A stretch of DNA of 64,000 nucleotides, from positions 248,001 through 312,000 of the forward strand of contig CM039002.1 of assembly GCA_017499595.2 (NCBI GenBank). Reading direction: 5' to 3'. The notes beneath the pieces are model-generated. The model saw only the letters and a list, made by a program, of their open reading frames with translations, was not told the origin of the DNA and did not search any database. The translations under genes and the position numbers were made by a program. Source of the stretch: Psilocybe cubensis. Lineage: Eukaryota. Of this stretch, positions 22,599 through 36,042 are shown in pieces; position 1 is the stretch's first letter; every line of letters begins with the position of its first letter.

Positions 22599-23411
22599 TA
22601 CAGCCGTCGCTGCTTCAACCGTTTACGACCGCGAATATCGAGTGATGATGGACGTTGAGAAAGGGCCGGAAATTGTGACAAAAACGCAACCCGCCGTCTT
22701 AAGTAAGGTAGAAGCGGATGTAAGGCAATCAACGAAGGCACAAGGCATGTCATTCAGCATCCCTGAAGCTGCAGGCAGTAAAATTGGTTCAAAACGGAAA
22801 GAATTGACCCAAGCGGGCTGAAACTAGACAATGCCACAAAGCCAAAAGTACAAATGATATCAGCCCAGACGACAGCCGTACAACGTGAGACGAACCGGTG
22901 ATGAGATTTTCCCGAATGCATTGATGTTGAGGATTCCAATCAACTCCCTCCCACCCAGCCGCTCTCAGAAACGTGTCAGCTGCCGGAACAGGACCACTGA
23001 GTATCGTGGGGGTCGGAAATTGTTGTAATGAAGTGGCGGACTATAGTATTGGGAGGCAATAGTACGATGATAAGACGTTACTTTTGTTGGGAAGTATCAC
23101 TGGCTATCTTTGGTGGTCCCTCCCGGTATCGCGCCATAGTCAGTCGAGGCACCGAAAACTTTGAATTCAAACGGCGTTGGTGGGCCAGAAAAGTTTGCAG
23201 TTGACATTTATCCCGGTTGTTCCGGCTTTTGGTAGGGTTCAGTTCGTTGATGCGGTTCGGGTTTGGGCCGAATTCGGAGTTTGAATATACATTCTCAGAC
23301 CTAAAGAAACATACGCAAAGGTAATCTCGGCTCCAGATGTTCGGGAGAGCTCCGGCGGAGAATAAAAGCGGAGTCAAAAATTCTGACGAAAACCGTTGCA
23401 AATCGCTCTCC

Positions 23412-23961
23412 ATAACATCTGGTGCAATTGCATCAGTAAAGATGCGGACAGCCCCTTTTGTCACATCAGTCATACTCTCACCTCCCTTTTCATCGCTCAA
23501 TTTAGCGGATAGGTCTATCGATATGAAAATAGCTATAAGCTAATTTTGATGTCTTAGTGCATCCACTCCTAACTGACAATTATTCAAGGAGTGTGCAATG
23601 TGAACTCGCAGAGTGAGTAGAGTACCCGGCCTGGTAATGCTATAACTTCAAACCTTCGCTTTCTGCCCTAATTCTACTGTCCCATTCAGCCTAAGTATAT
23701 TAGATCTTCACACTTAACACTTGAGGTTGCCTGTACACGGGCTAGAGCCATAGAAGTCTTCCAGCGAAAATTTTATGACATTTTCGGCGGCAACTGGGCA
23801 ATTTACATACTTGAGATTATAGATATGGTAAGATATAATATTTAAACCAAGAGAACTGTTGTCCTTGGACTAAAAATCCTGACTTAGACGGCGTCAAGTC
23901 GATGCATGAGCACGGCGTGACATGTCCGCATCTTTACTGATGCAATTGCACCAGACGTTAT
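23412..23961. repeat. Pair of 39-bp inverted repeats (23412-23450 and 23923-23961, one mismatch)
   Basis: ATAACATCTGGTGCAATTGCATCAGTAAAGATGCGGACA versus the reverse complement of TGTCCGCATCTTTACTGATGCAATTGCACCAGACGTTAT. Confidence 0.8.
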
Positions 23962-23971
23962 AGCACCGCTG

Positions 23972-24169
23972 GCGCTCATACATATTTGCCAGCAAAATAT
24001 CTATCGGTAGTTATGTTTCCTGTTCGTTTTCGACGTATTTTTGAGGTATATAGACTTCGGGGTTCCCTGATTAGGCAACCCCGAAGTCTATATTCCAGGC
24101 AAATATGTCAAAAATGAACAGGAAACATAATTACTGATAGATATTTTTCTGGCAAATATGAACGAGCGC
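23972..24169. repeat. 198-bp imperfect palindrome (fold-back hairpin)
   Basis: Arms pair without gaps around the centre 24070/24071, e.g. TATAGACTTCGGGGTT/AACCCCGAAGTCTATA, TTATGTTTCCTGTTC/GAACAGGAAACATAA, CATATTTGCCAG/CTGGCAAATATG. Confidence 0.9.
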
Positions 24170-24549
24170 AAGCCGTGTAGGGCACATCTCCCCGATCAAA
24201 TTTTGCAGAATTTTTGACTCCGACTTTGATCTCCGCCTATTAGTCCCGGGCCTTTGCAGGAGGGGAGATCGTGCCCTATAACGGATGGGAACGAGACTAA
24301 CGCAAAGGTCGAGAACACGAGATTTTGAACACGAGAATTTGGTCACTGGGTATTCGCTTATAAAGGTGAGCTAGGGTGAATAATGTTCACGTGTCGAAGT
24401 CAAGCGTGCACAAGAAATTACCGGAATTAAACATTTTAACGCACAAATCATGAATGAATACGCACGACTCAGAGTATAAAAAGGCAGACAGAAGTCGGCC
24501 GGTGAAGCTTTTCACAGTACGCATTTCCCCTCAAGCATTTTCTGGCACA

Positions 24550-25431
24550 ATGGCAAGCCTTCTCGATAAACCTCTGTACTTTTATTCCATCCCCGCCGTT
24601 TGGTTCTCAGCGTTCTATCCTGGTTCATTGAGGGTGAGGGCATTTCTGCTCGCCGCTCGCGCAGATGCAGATGCCTAATAAGTTATACACATAGTTCATG
24701 AAAATCAACAACTCAGTCGGGTATAACAAGTACGTCCGAGTCCACCCTTGTGGGTTTGATGATCAAATTGACTAATGACGCCATGGTATGCGTTTAGCGT
24801 CTCTCCGAGGGCTCAGAACTTGCAAGGGCGAGTCACCGCGAGCAACTCCCAGACGCTAGCCCAGATGGAAGGAGCACATCTGAATGGGAACGAGAACATG
24901 CCCATCTGGTTCGCAGCCATCGTGAGTATCGTATACCGCATGTGAACCGAGTGGCTCGTCGCCACTGGCTCGTGAGAGCCGTTTCCGGTTTGGCTTTAAC
25001 TTCTCGGCGGGCAGGGGCTGATTTGCCTCTGATTGTGTGTACAGATAGTCGGGAGTATCGCGGGCCTGGATAACCGATATCTGAACATGATGTCGTTGAC
25101 ATAGTGAGTGCTCCCGATGTCTGGGGAATAATTTAGTTTCCTGGTTCTGGGTGCTGATGAGGGGTTGACTCGTTACAGTGTCGCGACCAGACTCGTGTAT
25201 AACACAATTTACATTCATTTTAACGGGATTGGAAAGGGTTGGGTTCGGTGAGTCAGGGATCACGTAGAATACAACTTGTGCTCACCATGAGCACCGTAAA
25301 GCACCGCTGTGTTCTTCTTTGGACTATGTGAGTATAGTCGTCGACCTTCTCCTAACTGCTCTGACATCTCGATAGCACATCCGTTGAGAATTCTTTTCAA
25401 GGCTGCAGGGTCGATTGCAAACAAGGCATGA
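24550..25431 (+). CDS. MAPEG-family membrane protein, multi-exon
   Basis: MASLLDKPLYFYSIPAVW; NNVSPR; MEGAHLNGNENMPIWFAAI; TRLVYNTIYI; ends LFKAAGSIANKA; TATA-like TATAAA at 24475. Confidence 0.75.
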
Positions 25432-26338
25432 GCAATGGCCATAGGTTAGGGTATGGCGGAGGCAGAAGAGATTGTAATCGCACTTTCACATACTGGTATG
25501 AGTCAAGGCAACTGTAATCTATCAGAAAAAACCATTTGTAGAAAAAGAACCCCAGAGGGGGACTTGAATGGCATTTATTTCTCACCGCTACCAGATGAAT
25601 CAGGGATTCCACTACGCTTTCCCGTGAGTTCCGAGGGGACTATGGACTGTGGACGAGCTGGACCTCAGAACACACAACTGGCGTCGGGCGGCCTGTACCC
25701 GTTATTCCTGCATCATTCGCCGTCGCACGCAAGTCCTTTATTGATGGACTACACACTCTAAATACGACGCAAGCGACAGCCTGCCCACAGTGACCCCTGA
25801 AATGTTGTGGGTAAATCACAGGAAACTACTAGCAAGTGAAAGACACCAACTTACTGACCTAGACTCGACTTGAGTGGATAGTTGTGAGTCGGCCTCAGGG
25901 CAAATCAATCTCGAACGACACTCAAACGGGTCAATGAATTTCTGTTGACCCCGTCCTCCTTCCGTATAGCGTCAAAGTCATAATGGTCTAGCTTGTGGGC
26001 TACCTTTTGATTTGCTGTATAGTGAATCCGGAAACGTAGGAATAAACAATCATTCGGAACATGAGCTCTACACAGTGGTGGGCGGTCAGCCCGTGGCTGA
26101 CACCTCTACACCAGACACTGTTTGGTGTTGGTCTTGGGAGCGTTACCTGATTGGTTCAGCCTTGAAGCTTAAACGCAGCGACTGTAAGCGTGAACGGTAG
26201 GTTCAACATAGTAGTTCTCGAGTATCTCGGAGATTTAATAGCAATACATTTAAAAAACATGTTCTTGGACAACTATTAATACAGTGCATAATCTCTACTT
26301 TGATTCTATAATACCTAACGTCACGCTAAAACATAATT

Positions 26339-27545
26339 CTACTCTTCATCGATTTTGATTCTATCGTGAATGTCAAGGACCATTCTACCACATATAATTG
26401 ATGCAAGTGCAAAGGAGAATCCGACAGGAATTTCCATGAAGGGGTTCTGTCAGGCTTTATATTAGCTCAAAATTAAAGCTTGATAATATCACAAAATATT
26501 TACGGGTTTTTCCAGAGCAACTATAAGACAGCTTAGGTACGTCAAGACCATCCTGTAAATCTCTCGGTTAGTATATAGGATCACCTGTCAACAACGCCGC
26601 GGCTCACAAAATATAATAAAGAACAGAGTCCAATACAAGGATGTCCAGGAGGCGGCTTTCCCCATAATAGTATCGCGTGGCATGTCGGTTTTGAATTCCA
26701 CGTATCAGCGCCATCGCACAAAGAAGCGACTCGAAAATGAGAATGGGTATCCATACAGAGTACAGGTAGCTTGGTACCTGCGATGATGTGCAAAATAAAC
26801 CTCCAGGAATAGGAAGTGTTTGAGCTTAATTTAAAATATCTCGAATGAGTATCTTTCCGAGCTTGCTGATGACAAATTAGCTGTACCTGTCATTCCAGAC
26901 AGGAAAATCCCCATGATGGTAGCGGAAGATGCCAATGATAATGTAAAGAACGCAAAAAGGACAGAAATAATTGTTTTGTTCATATTATAGAGTGCAAATA
27001 TCCGAGTTTGGAGAATCCCTACATATGATGAAGGAGTCAATCAGTGAAGATTCCCAAGTTGAGTACTGTCACTGGTACCTGACGTAAAGATGTACCCGAT
27101 GATTCCAGTCCATCCTTCCCACCTAAAATAATGCAGACCTAGTAAACACTATCAACACGGTGACAGAAAAGACAATGATAGATAAATGTGACTTGCAGCT
27201 TGATTGAAAACAAAGACCCGGTCATGTCAAATCCTTTGATGCACGGCGTTTGCAAAACTCACAACTGAAACAATGTCATTCTTGATGTCAAAAAGATGGA
27301 CGTTCAAAGGGTAAGCTTACTGATTCAGTCACAGTGGGGCTGAAGAAGCCTGCTTAAAATGAGTATTTGGAATGAACTTCTAGGTCGGATAAATCACCAA
27401 TGCTTGACGCACTGTAGATAGTCGTATTAGCATCATTTTATTTGCACAGATTTATGAAGATACCTACATTGTTGCGGATAGTGTATAGTACCGATTCTAA
27501 CGAAACGTCAGATATCTCCGGTAGTGGTAGAAAATATGGTTGCAT
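26339..27545 (-). CDS. Second DUF6533-like membrane protein, possibly degenerate
   Basis: LQTRIFALYNMNKTI, WIPILIFESLLC and PVGFSFALASIICGRMVLDI parallel the 12222-22598 gene; N-terminal exons are hard to join. Confidence 0.55.
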
Positions 27546-29150
27546 CTCTCCAAACCTACTCACAAGCAGAAATAGGACTTTTATATGAGACCATTTGCTT
27601 CTCTGGTGACCCAGTTAGCCTCGAGTGAGTGACAGATGGGCAGGGATGTAGGCTTGCCCTCAGAAAATTAATCTATGGGCTAAATAAGGGTCTGAACTTC
27701 GTCTTCACAAGGATGTCTACTTACCTCTCTGTTGAGGGTGAGCACTGCAGATGGGTGTTGATCAGATTAGAAATCATTGTCAAATGGAAAAGAAAGAGAG
27801 GGAGGCGTACTGTAGTCGAAAAATACTATTGTCAAGGATGCAACTGGAAGATAAGATGGGTATGTGTCCTCCTCCCAATTCCTAGATCTCGTATGACTCA
27901 CGCCTAGCATATCGAATAATTTGGACATCACGGATCCCTGCGATGTATAGCTCCAGAAAGGGGTTCACGCCACTTGTATCTGCAGAGGCCATTGGTAGCG
28001 GAGCAGGATATCCAATGCCCGGCCCAGGTCGAAGGGAGGGAAATGTGAAGACAAGTCTTCAATTATGCTTATATATGTCAACTCCGCCGCTCAAATGGAC
28101 AATCGAGGGAGAAATTCAGACATTTTAAGGCGATTATGATGTCGCAGCTCTGCTTCCTCAAATCTATCAGCGCTCAATCATATACACTGGCGGGGCATTG
28201 TAGCTGCGAAGTGTCGGCGGTATCAATCGGATCACGGTCGAGAACATTAATAGCAGTTCGTCGTGGGACCAGCAAACGGCCCACGATAACTCCACTTATC
28301 CCCCAGCTTGGATGGAGTGAATTGCTTACCAGTTATGGCAGAGTTATTCGGTGCTCTCACACTGATTTTCAGCTCGAACATTAATTTACCCTGTTTTTCA
28401 GATGAATTAAAAGTGAACTTTGGCAAGATTTTCCAAATTAAATCACAGCACCCGTACACTTCGACAATCAGAAAGCCATTTACGATGGTACCTATATCAT
28501 ACAAGTTGTAAACTACCCATTCCGACAACAAGGGCATTAAGATACGCGAACCAGCTGCACCCAAATTTAGCTACTGGACCAACTTCGACAAATGATGAAT
28601 GTACATTCAGGGCCAAGACGAGTGTAGTTCCTATGAGAATTACTCAGATTGGACGAGGCCCACGTCCAGAAGTTGTCCCATGCGCAAGAAGTGCAATGAT
28701 TGCTGAAAATATTCCTAATCCAGAACAACGCAATAGTTAAACTTGTCCCCTGGGTCATCCGCTTTTCCTTCTTTGTACATTATCATACAAAAACTCACTG
28801 GAATGGACTCGAAATGACTCGGTATCTGGGGAGCTTCATCACTAACGACTGATATCATCATGAGGGCGAAGTTGTTTGAAGGGATGTGGGCTGTCGATAT
28901 ACGGTGGCTTACGAAGACTGGAGGTTTGCGACTCGGCCCTGCTCTGTTTACTCTTCGAGGAATCGGGAACATTGACCATTCATAGGTCGAAGATGGATAC
29001 ATCCGATGGTACCATTAAAAACGCTAATTCAACCAACGCTCTCACAGAACAGTCGTTACGTTGTCGAAGAACCACTACATTCGACCGTTACATTTGTGTC
29101 AATTACACTATACAATATAATATTAAACTCTACACAAAACAAAGCACAAA

Positions 29151-30014
29151 CTACACTTTTATTCCGTCTTTCACTGCTTGCCAGGAGGGTCGAGAAGTAA
29201 TATCTCTCCACCATCTACAAAATAATTGGATAAGTGAATGTCATTTCGGAACTGCTGATATACATACCGTGCAACATTTGGTCTCTTCTCAACATCAAGG
29301 CCAGCCGACCCCGCCTTGGGAAGCAAAGCCCCATAGGGTATATGGTATAAATCAGCAAGAGTAACAGACTGGAAAATTTAATAAGACCAAGAATTTGTTA
29401 CAATAAGATCATTCACTCACATCTCCGGCAAGGTATTTTTGTTTACTCAGAATCTTCTCGTACACGTCCAGCTTAGTTTCTAAGGTCGCGAGCAGGCCAT
29501 CAGCGTATTCTGTATTAGGAACAAGTCCTTTCATTCTGTGATGTTATTAGTACAGATCACCATCAACGTTTTAAACATCATGACGTACGGTTTAAAGACT
29601 TTCTCAACGACAGCCTTTTCCGCATAATCATTGAAGTTAGATAATTCAATCGAGGCGGCTTGCTGGAACAAAGCGTTTGCTTTAAGATCCGATGGAATGA
29701 GCTCTTGGGTTCCCTGGTTAGGGTATTTAGATACAATGTAGTGACATATTGCGCGGCTTTCGTAAAGAATGAACCCGTCGTCGTCCTTGTTGTGATGGGT
29801 GAGTGAGTCGTAAGCGAGAAATAAGAGGGAAAGTTGAACGTACAATATATGGAACGACGCCAAAAGGTTGCTTCTCTACGAACTCCGGTGCTTTATGTTC
29901 ACGTTTGGCCAAGTCGATGGACTGGAATTCAAAGGGGACGTTCTTCTCATGAAGAACCATCGCAACGCGACGGGTGCAGGTTGAGTATGGGCTCCCGACT
30001 AATTTGAGGACCAT
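29151..30014 (-). CDS. Glutathione S-transferase (Phi-like fungal class)
   Basis: MVLKLVGSPYSTCTRRV; KQPFGVVPYI; DDDGFILYESRAICHY; LDVYEKILSKQKYLAGD; SRPSWQAVK. Confidence 0.9.
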
Positions 30015-30579
30015 TGTAAACTTGAATCAAGGCGTTGGATGTTAGAAGGGTTGAAAAGCAGTTGAGTGAGAGTAAGACCCACAGTTAAGGCTGTTTTTAT
30101 ACCTTTCCGGCTAGGATCAGAAATCAAATATCGAGCTGAGCCCCTATCCAGTCATACCAGTGTCATTAGAATCTCGTCATCGACGTTTCATTGGTCAGAG
30201 CACTTGTGGGTCACATGGCGCTCGGAAGTTATAATTAGTCTTGCAACGGACGACGCCATGGGAATCCGGATAGAACTGTTCCAGCACTTTCCAGCACTCA
30301 CCGATAATTAATGAAACGAAACAAAAGTATGCACAGAAATTTCCAGCAATTATCCATTGCTCGCAGGATGTTTTGTGCGGTATAACTGGAGCCATGTATC
30401 CGAAGGTGGACAAGAGACGCTCACGACAAACATAAAACGGACATTTGAAGGCCCCAGATCATTGCACACACTTGAAGAAATTATACTCCAATGCACGTCT
30501 TATGGTTATTGACGTCCTCAATTTCATTAGGATGATTTCCAGCAAATGATGATGAGTAGGGGGTATCATAAATCCTATC

Positions 30580-31449
30580 TTATACCCGAGTCATTCGACT
30601 CATAGCAAGGAAAACAAACGAAAATGCAACTAAGCGCCATGGGGGGCGTACCACTGGGATTCCATCCGATGTTTTTTTAGCACCACCAATGCTTCCCGTA
30701 CCGCTCGACCCTCCTTCACCTTTGGCTGGTGAACCGGAGCTCGAAATCTGACCTCCCTCACTGTTTGCTGGTGAGTTTGAATTCGGTGTCTGACTTCCTG
30801 TAGTCTTGCCTCCAGTGGAAGATTGTGGCAGCGACCCAGGCGAAGATGATTGGGATCCAGAAGACAACGCTTGAGGAGACCCCGGTATAGGGAATCCAGC
30901 GCTTGCACAAAACGCTTGGTATTCTGCGCAAATAGGGTCAGATTTTCACCCTTCAAGGTACGATCGGATGACTCAACGAGCAACAGTGGGGACTGTGGTG
31001 GCGGCTTTGCCATTACCACTAACCGCTGGTGGAGGTGCTGGTTTCCCGGTGATGGATTGCTGCGCGTTTGCTGTCCTCTGAATTTCCGTCATGCAGGCTG
31101 CACATGCATTGATGGAATTCTGTGCCGTCAGGGTGCATCCACATTGGTTGTTCCCACAATTCTGGAAAGAAACATGAGAGCTGATCTGCACATATAGGAA
31201 GAGAAGATCGCACAGCTGCCGTCTGTAGTGGCCCGCATGTTGCTTGGCATACAGTAGGAAATACAATTGGAATGCTGGACTGGCGTGTATAGATATCGAT
31301 TTCATCTGATTCGGTATTAATGGGAAACGAAACGACTGGGAGTTATATAAATCAATTTCCTCCTCTCGAGTAAGGAAAGTAAAAATTATACCGGTGGTGA
31401 GGAAGAGGATAGCAGCTGAAGATAAAAGAGTGAATTTAACGAACTGCAT
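30580..31449 (-). CDS. Small secreted Cys-containing protein with Ser/Gly-rich stalk and GPI-like tail
   Basis: Signal peptide MQFVKFTLLSSAAILFLTTG; Cys-rich exon NCGNNQCGC...CAAC; S/G-rich region; hydrophobic C-terminus. Confidence 0.6.
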
Positions 31450-32861
31450 AGTAAATAGCTGTATCACACAGCGACGGGAACCAAAAGAATGGAATTATGA
31501 CTGCGGATGTGGTCTCGTTTATAAACACATATTCCATGCGTTTGTGTCAAAAATGCATAGAAACAAACAGTCTCTGTAAGTACTCGGCTTGAAATAAAAT
31601 CACGCACTGCGTTCAACGTCTAATGTCAATGTCAGTCAGTGTCAACGAGTCTCGCAAAATGCCCTTAAATTTCACTAAGAAATTGCATAGCGACTGGAGG
31701 TTGTGAGATGATCTTTGAAACACATAAGGCAGTGAGTAACTTGAATTAGGTAAGAACAAACTTACATAGAAAGGTGGTCATTTGAAGTTTGAACAAAGAA
31801 GGCGAAATTCTGTAAATCAGCAAGTCTATATTTAACTGGATTAAACTCAGTTGTATGTTTTCTTTTGTCAAAAGAATGTCATTGATGGCACAGCTTTGAT
31901 ATCTTAAGCATCACTATGGTCATCTTCAAATAGATACTAAGCCTCTGAGCATGAGGCTGAGAAATGATGCGAATTTGATTGGGTTCGTACTTTGAAAAGG
32001 TGGCTTTTCAGTTCTCTCCACGAAAACAGAAAACATAGAGAAATCATTTCCAGAACTTTGCTATTAACAGTAAATCTGGTAGGTATCTGTGTTAATACCC
32101 CAGATTCCTGTTTAATCTTTATCCCGATTAAACAGGAATGGGTCTTTCTTAGTAGATTGAACATACAGCGTTTATACAATTCAGAAATGTTTCCTAGGTT
32201 TGTATTTTCACTGAAGCAGTTACATCAAGCTGAACTCCAATGGTCCTTTTAAATTAAAACTACTCTAGTATTATACTTCCTGCTTACATATAGATATAGC
32301 CCACGGAGATTCTTTAGCACCGCACATAATTAAGTTTAATGAGTATGTGCCTATTCAATCACTCTGATTAGTGTGTCGCCAAGCCGTCGCAACTTTTCCT
32401 TCTCCAATTGATCTGTCTTCATCATGCGCTCTAATCCGATGCTGAACTCGATGCATAAGTGAGTATAGTCCCGCAGTTGACTATCTGTTAGAGACTTAAT
32501 ACACGTTCTGTGCGAAATACAGTGATGTTGTCAATTACACTCAACTCATAACTCGGTCCGGCAAGTGACATTCACGATGCAATCTCGACTCGTGTTGCAC
32601 TGCCATTGTTCTACTATCGGTACATCAACCGTGGCAATCGTTATTTCTTTAACCAAACAGTTGATCATTACGGTATTTGGAGGTTTTAGCGCCGCTCGGA
32701 GACGCATATTCAGCCTCACTGACATAGCCTCTGAATTGATGTCGTAATTTGCGATTACTGAGGAGACTGTTAAACCATCATAACAGTGCCGTACTTTTTT
32801 GACATAAATAGATGGTCGGAATCAACACAGACCAGGCTAAATATTTCTTAACGCCAGACAA

Positions 32862-35326
32862 ATGGGCTCCAGCACCAACCAATGTGATTCTCAAACTAGC
32901 TTTGCCTCTGGGGACAACTTCCAGGTCGAAGAGGCACCACTCGACCCGCGGAGCTCAATCTATGTGGCGATCCTTCTTACACTAGTCAGTCCGCTATGTT
33001 TTAATTGTTTAGCATACCGCACGCTCTTCCTTGTTCTGGCGCTATGCCTGGTTCTCCTATCAGTAATCCGCCTGAGGTTTCCCCAGTTCAAGAAAAGAGA
33101 CATAATCAGTGACCTTCGCCTGCAAGCGGGTGCGACGCTGAGTTTTTTTGCATCAGGTACTGCATTAATTCTTGAGGTAGGTGATGCTCCGAAGGTAGCT
33201 TTGGATGCACTCTTTTAATTGACCATTGACTAGGTGCATCATCCTGGGATCAGCATTGCAGTACGGATTTTCTTCTTCTTTGCATAACGCAACGTGGTGA
33301 GCTGAATTGGATCAGGTTCAAACGCACTCAGAGTTCTACAGTCGGCCATTGATCCGTCTTCTGAGGACATTCTTATTTGTGGAGATGATATTCAATGGAA
33401 CGTCGGAGGAAAAGGAACAAACGGCGAGCTGGCTTCGGTGGACGCATAGCAGCATCCATGGACCCATCACAGGCAAGACACGCGAAGAACTACGGCTACC
33501 GGAAGGTTTTCAAACATATGGTTATATTGATGACTTAAAGGCTTGGGTTATGCACTCACTTACCTACGCAACTATCGCCTTCCAAATGCGTTATGGCCGA
33601 CCGTGAGTGTTGTTCAATGATGTACAGAATTAATTTTAACGGACTGGCGGTGTTATCCAGGCTTTCCAAGCGAGCGAAAGACACAATTGTGCTTGAAAAC
33701 ACTTGTGCGGCACTGCGCCTCGGTGTTCCAGATCACCTATTGGCTCGTGATTATGATTCATTTATGACCATGTTTAATCGTCAACTTGATTTGCTCGACT
33801 ACGGAAACTCAGCTTCGCAGAAAATCGTTGAAGAAATAGAGAATGCTGCCGCAAAATCCAATATTAATTGGCCAACTTCTATACTATTAAGACTTGGCCT
33901 CATGATCGGACACGACCTCCTTCCCGAGAAACTGCGCAATCAATACCAGCTCAAAGCCTTGAGTTCCCCGTGGCAGCGTTGTTTACAGAAGATATTTATA
34001 TCTGTTCTCTGGCTGGTGTATCCGGCGCTTATGTGGCTACCATTACGAGGAGTAATCGCGCTCTTGCTAGTTCTGGAGCCATCTACGAGATCGATATTTA
34101 TGGTGAGAATGTTTGTGTTTCCACGGAACGCGACTGAAGATGAATAGTCCTCTTTACAAGCGATACATTCCATGGACATTATGCGCGACCAGCCTTTATT
34201 TCAGGGGACGCCTAGTCCAGCTTCTTTCCTTGCGTCTCCATCATACCTACAATGGTTAAACTCTGGAAAGGATGGCCGCCCTCTACTTCAAGTGATTCTT
34301 GTACGTGTACTCGAAACTCAACTGATGTCTGCGCATGCAGATCAATATTCTCGATGGCATAACACGGGGCGGCTGTATCCTTGGTTAATGCTTCCCGGAA
34401 TACTAGCATGGGAGTCGATGGCCAGCCTTTATCGAACAACAAAAGGGTTCATGGAATCATTTAGAACGAAATTTAAGGAAAGTGTCACGTTTAAGCGGGG
34501 ACAAACCAAGATACCACAGCATAGTAAGTGATTGAATATATCACCAACAGATAAACCTAGTGACCTACCATCGCCAGTTGGTTTTGTCATGGATGGAAAT
34601 CGCAGATTCGCCAGAACACTCGGAAAGCCGGTTCTCTATGGTCATCAGCATGGGGCGCAAACGGCTGGTCATGTTTTGGAGTGGTGGTTAAGGTATATGC
34701 CAAATACCACCGTATGCAATGGCCCTGGACTGCGGTATCTCACAGTTTGGGCATTTTCAGCAGAAAATCTGAAGCGTTCGCCGGGAGAGGTGGAAGGCTT
34801 ATTCCATCTTATGAAAGCCGAGCTTAGAAGCCTCGCGTTCAATTCGATCGTTCATCTATTCCAAATTCGTGTCAGAGTGGTCGGGAACTTGACAGGTTAC
34901 CCAAGTGACCTCTTGGACTCTGTAAAAATGCTGGAAGAATCGACCTCAAAATATAAGCAACTGTTTCTGCAGATTGCGATTGGATATGGAGGGCGCGATG
35001 AAATTGTTCAATCAGTGAAACTTTTGCAGGCTCAAGGAGAGGCGGTGACCGAGGCCGCTATTAGTGCTCGCACATACTGTGCCCAAATCGATATTCCCCC
35101 CGGTGAACTTAATAGTGAGGACGTCAGAGCAAAGGTGTGTAATCAAGTTGCAATTCATATCCTATGACGTTGACAGATGAATTTCAGAACAAGCGGGTTC
35201 TTCCTTTGGGACTCACAGGGAGCTGAATTACATTTCATTGACAAGCTCTGGCCCCAGCTAACAGCGAATGACTGGCTCGATGTCATATCCAGTTACTCCA
35301 AAAGAGAAATACGAGGGGGGAGGTAG
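32862..35326 (+). CDS. MpaB/Lcp-like (DUF2236) oxygenase + cis-prenyltransferase fusion, copy A; apparent +1 frameshift at the C-run 35096-35101
   Basis: N-terminal TM segment; HHPGISIAV; RPLIRLLRT; WTHSSIHG; AWVMHSL; spliced IPQH-IGFVMDGNRRFA; FSAENLKR; IGYGGRDEI; RTSGFFLWD; KREIRGGR*. Confidence 0.75.
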
Positions 35327-36042
35327 CTACATGATACTTCAATGAGCATAGACTTTAGATTTTACTTTAAAATTGACTTGGTAGTACTCGACTATCGATC
35401 CTCTAGAAACCATGAGTATATTAAGTCTCTGAGAGTCAGGTAATTGGTTTGGATAGTGTTCTGGTCAAGTTCTGGTGCCAGGTCGGGATGAAAGTTGTAA
35501 AAAGTATCATACACAAACGGTAGGCCGAAACGCCGATGTGGGCTGCATGCCTTTGTGTGCCGTTCACGGCGGCGCTTCGCGGGTTGAAACTCCGTTCGCA
35601 AATAACCGAAGTATGTATGGGTTCAAAAATCGTGCACACATTCATGAACCTTTCCTCTCTCCTCTAGCCGCTAGTAATTGCCCCGCCACCTTATTCCCCC
35701 TTTATCCCTATCGCCTACATTTACCCACACAAATAACGGAATTAGGCTCAAGGCGGTGCTCTCAAGAGGTGAGTTAGGCAAAGCCCCTGAAACCAAAACA
35801 TGGATTTATGCAGGTAACCGTTACAGTCCTACCTTATAACAACGAAATCGTTCAAGGCGAGTGCAATAATTCAGTGACAGGAGCGAAAAACCGTCCTTGT
35901 AATGGGCATTATACTCCCGGCACACGGTCTTGTGGTGTTCGCTGGTCACTCTTCGAGATCCCTCAGTGAACTTGCATCCGATGTTTTCAACGTACAAGTA
36001 AATTTGATGGGATATGGGCGGGGTGTTGGAGACAGCCAATCC

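Noticed and set aside
22543-22821. Plus-strand 92-aa ORF
   Set aside because: Overlaps the first exon and promoter of the DUF6533-like gene on the other strand; no recognisable motif.
27900-29100. Several overlapping 60-160-aa ORFs
   Set aside because: No coherent gene model or recognisable motif on either strand.
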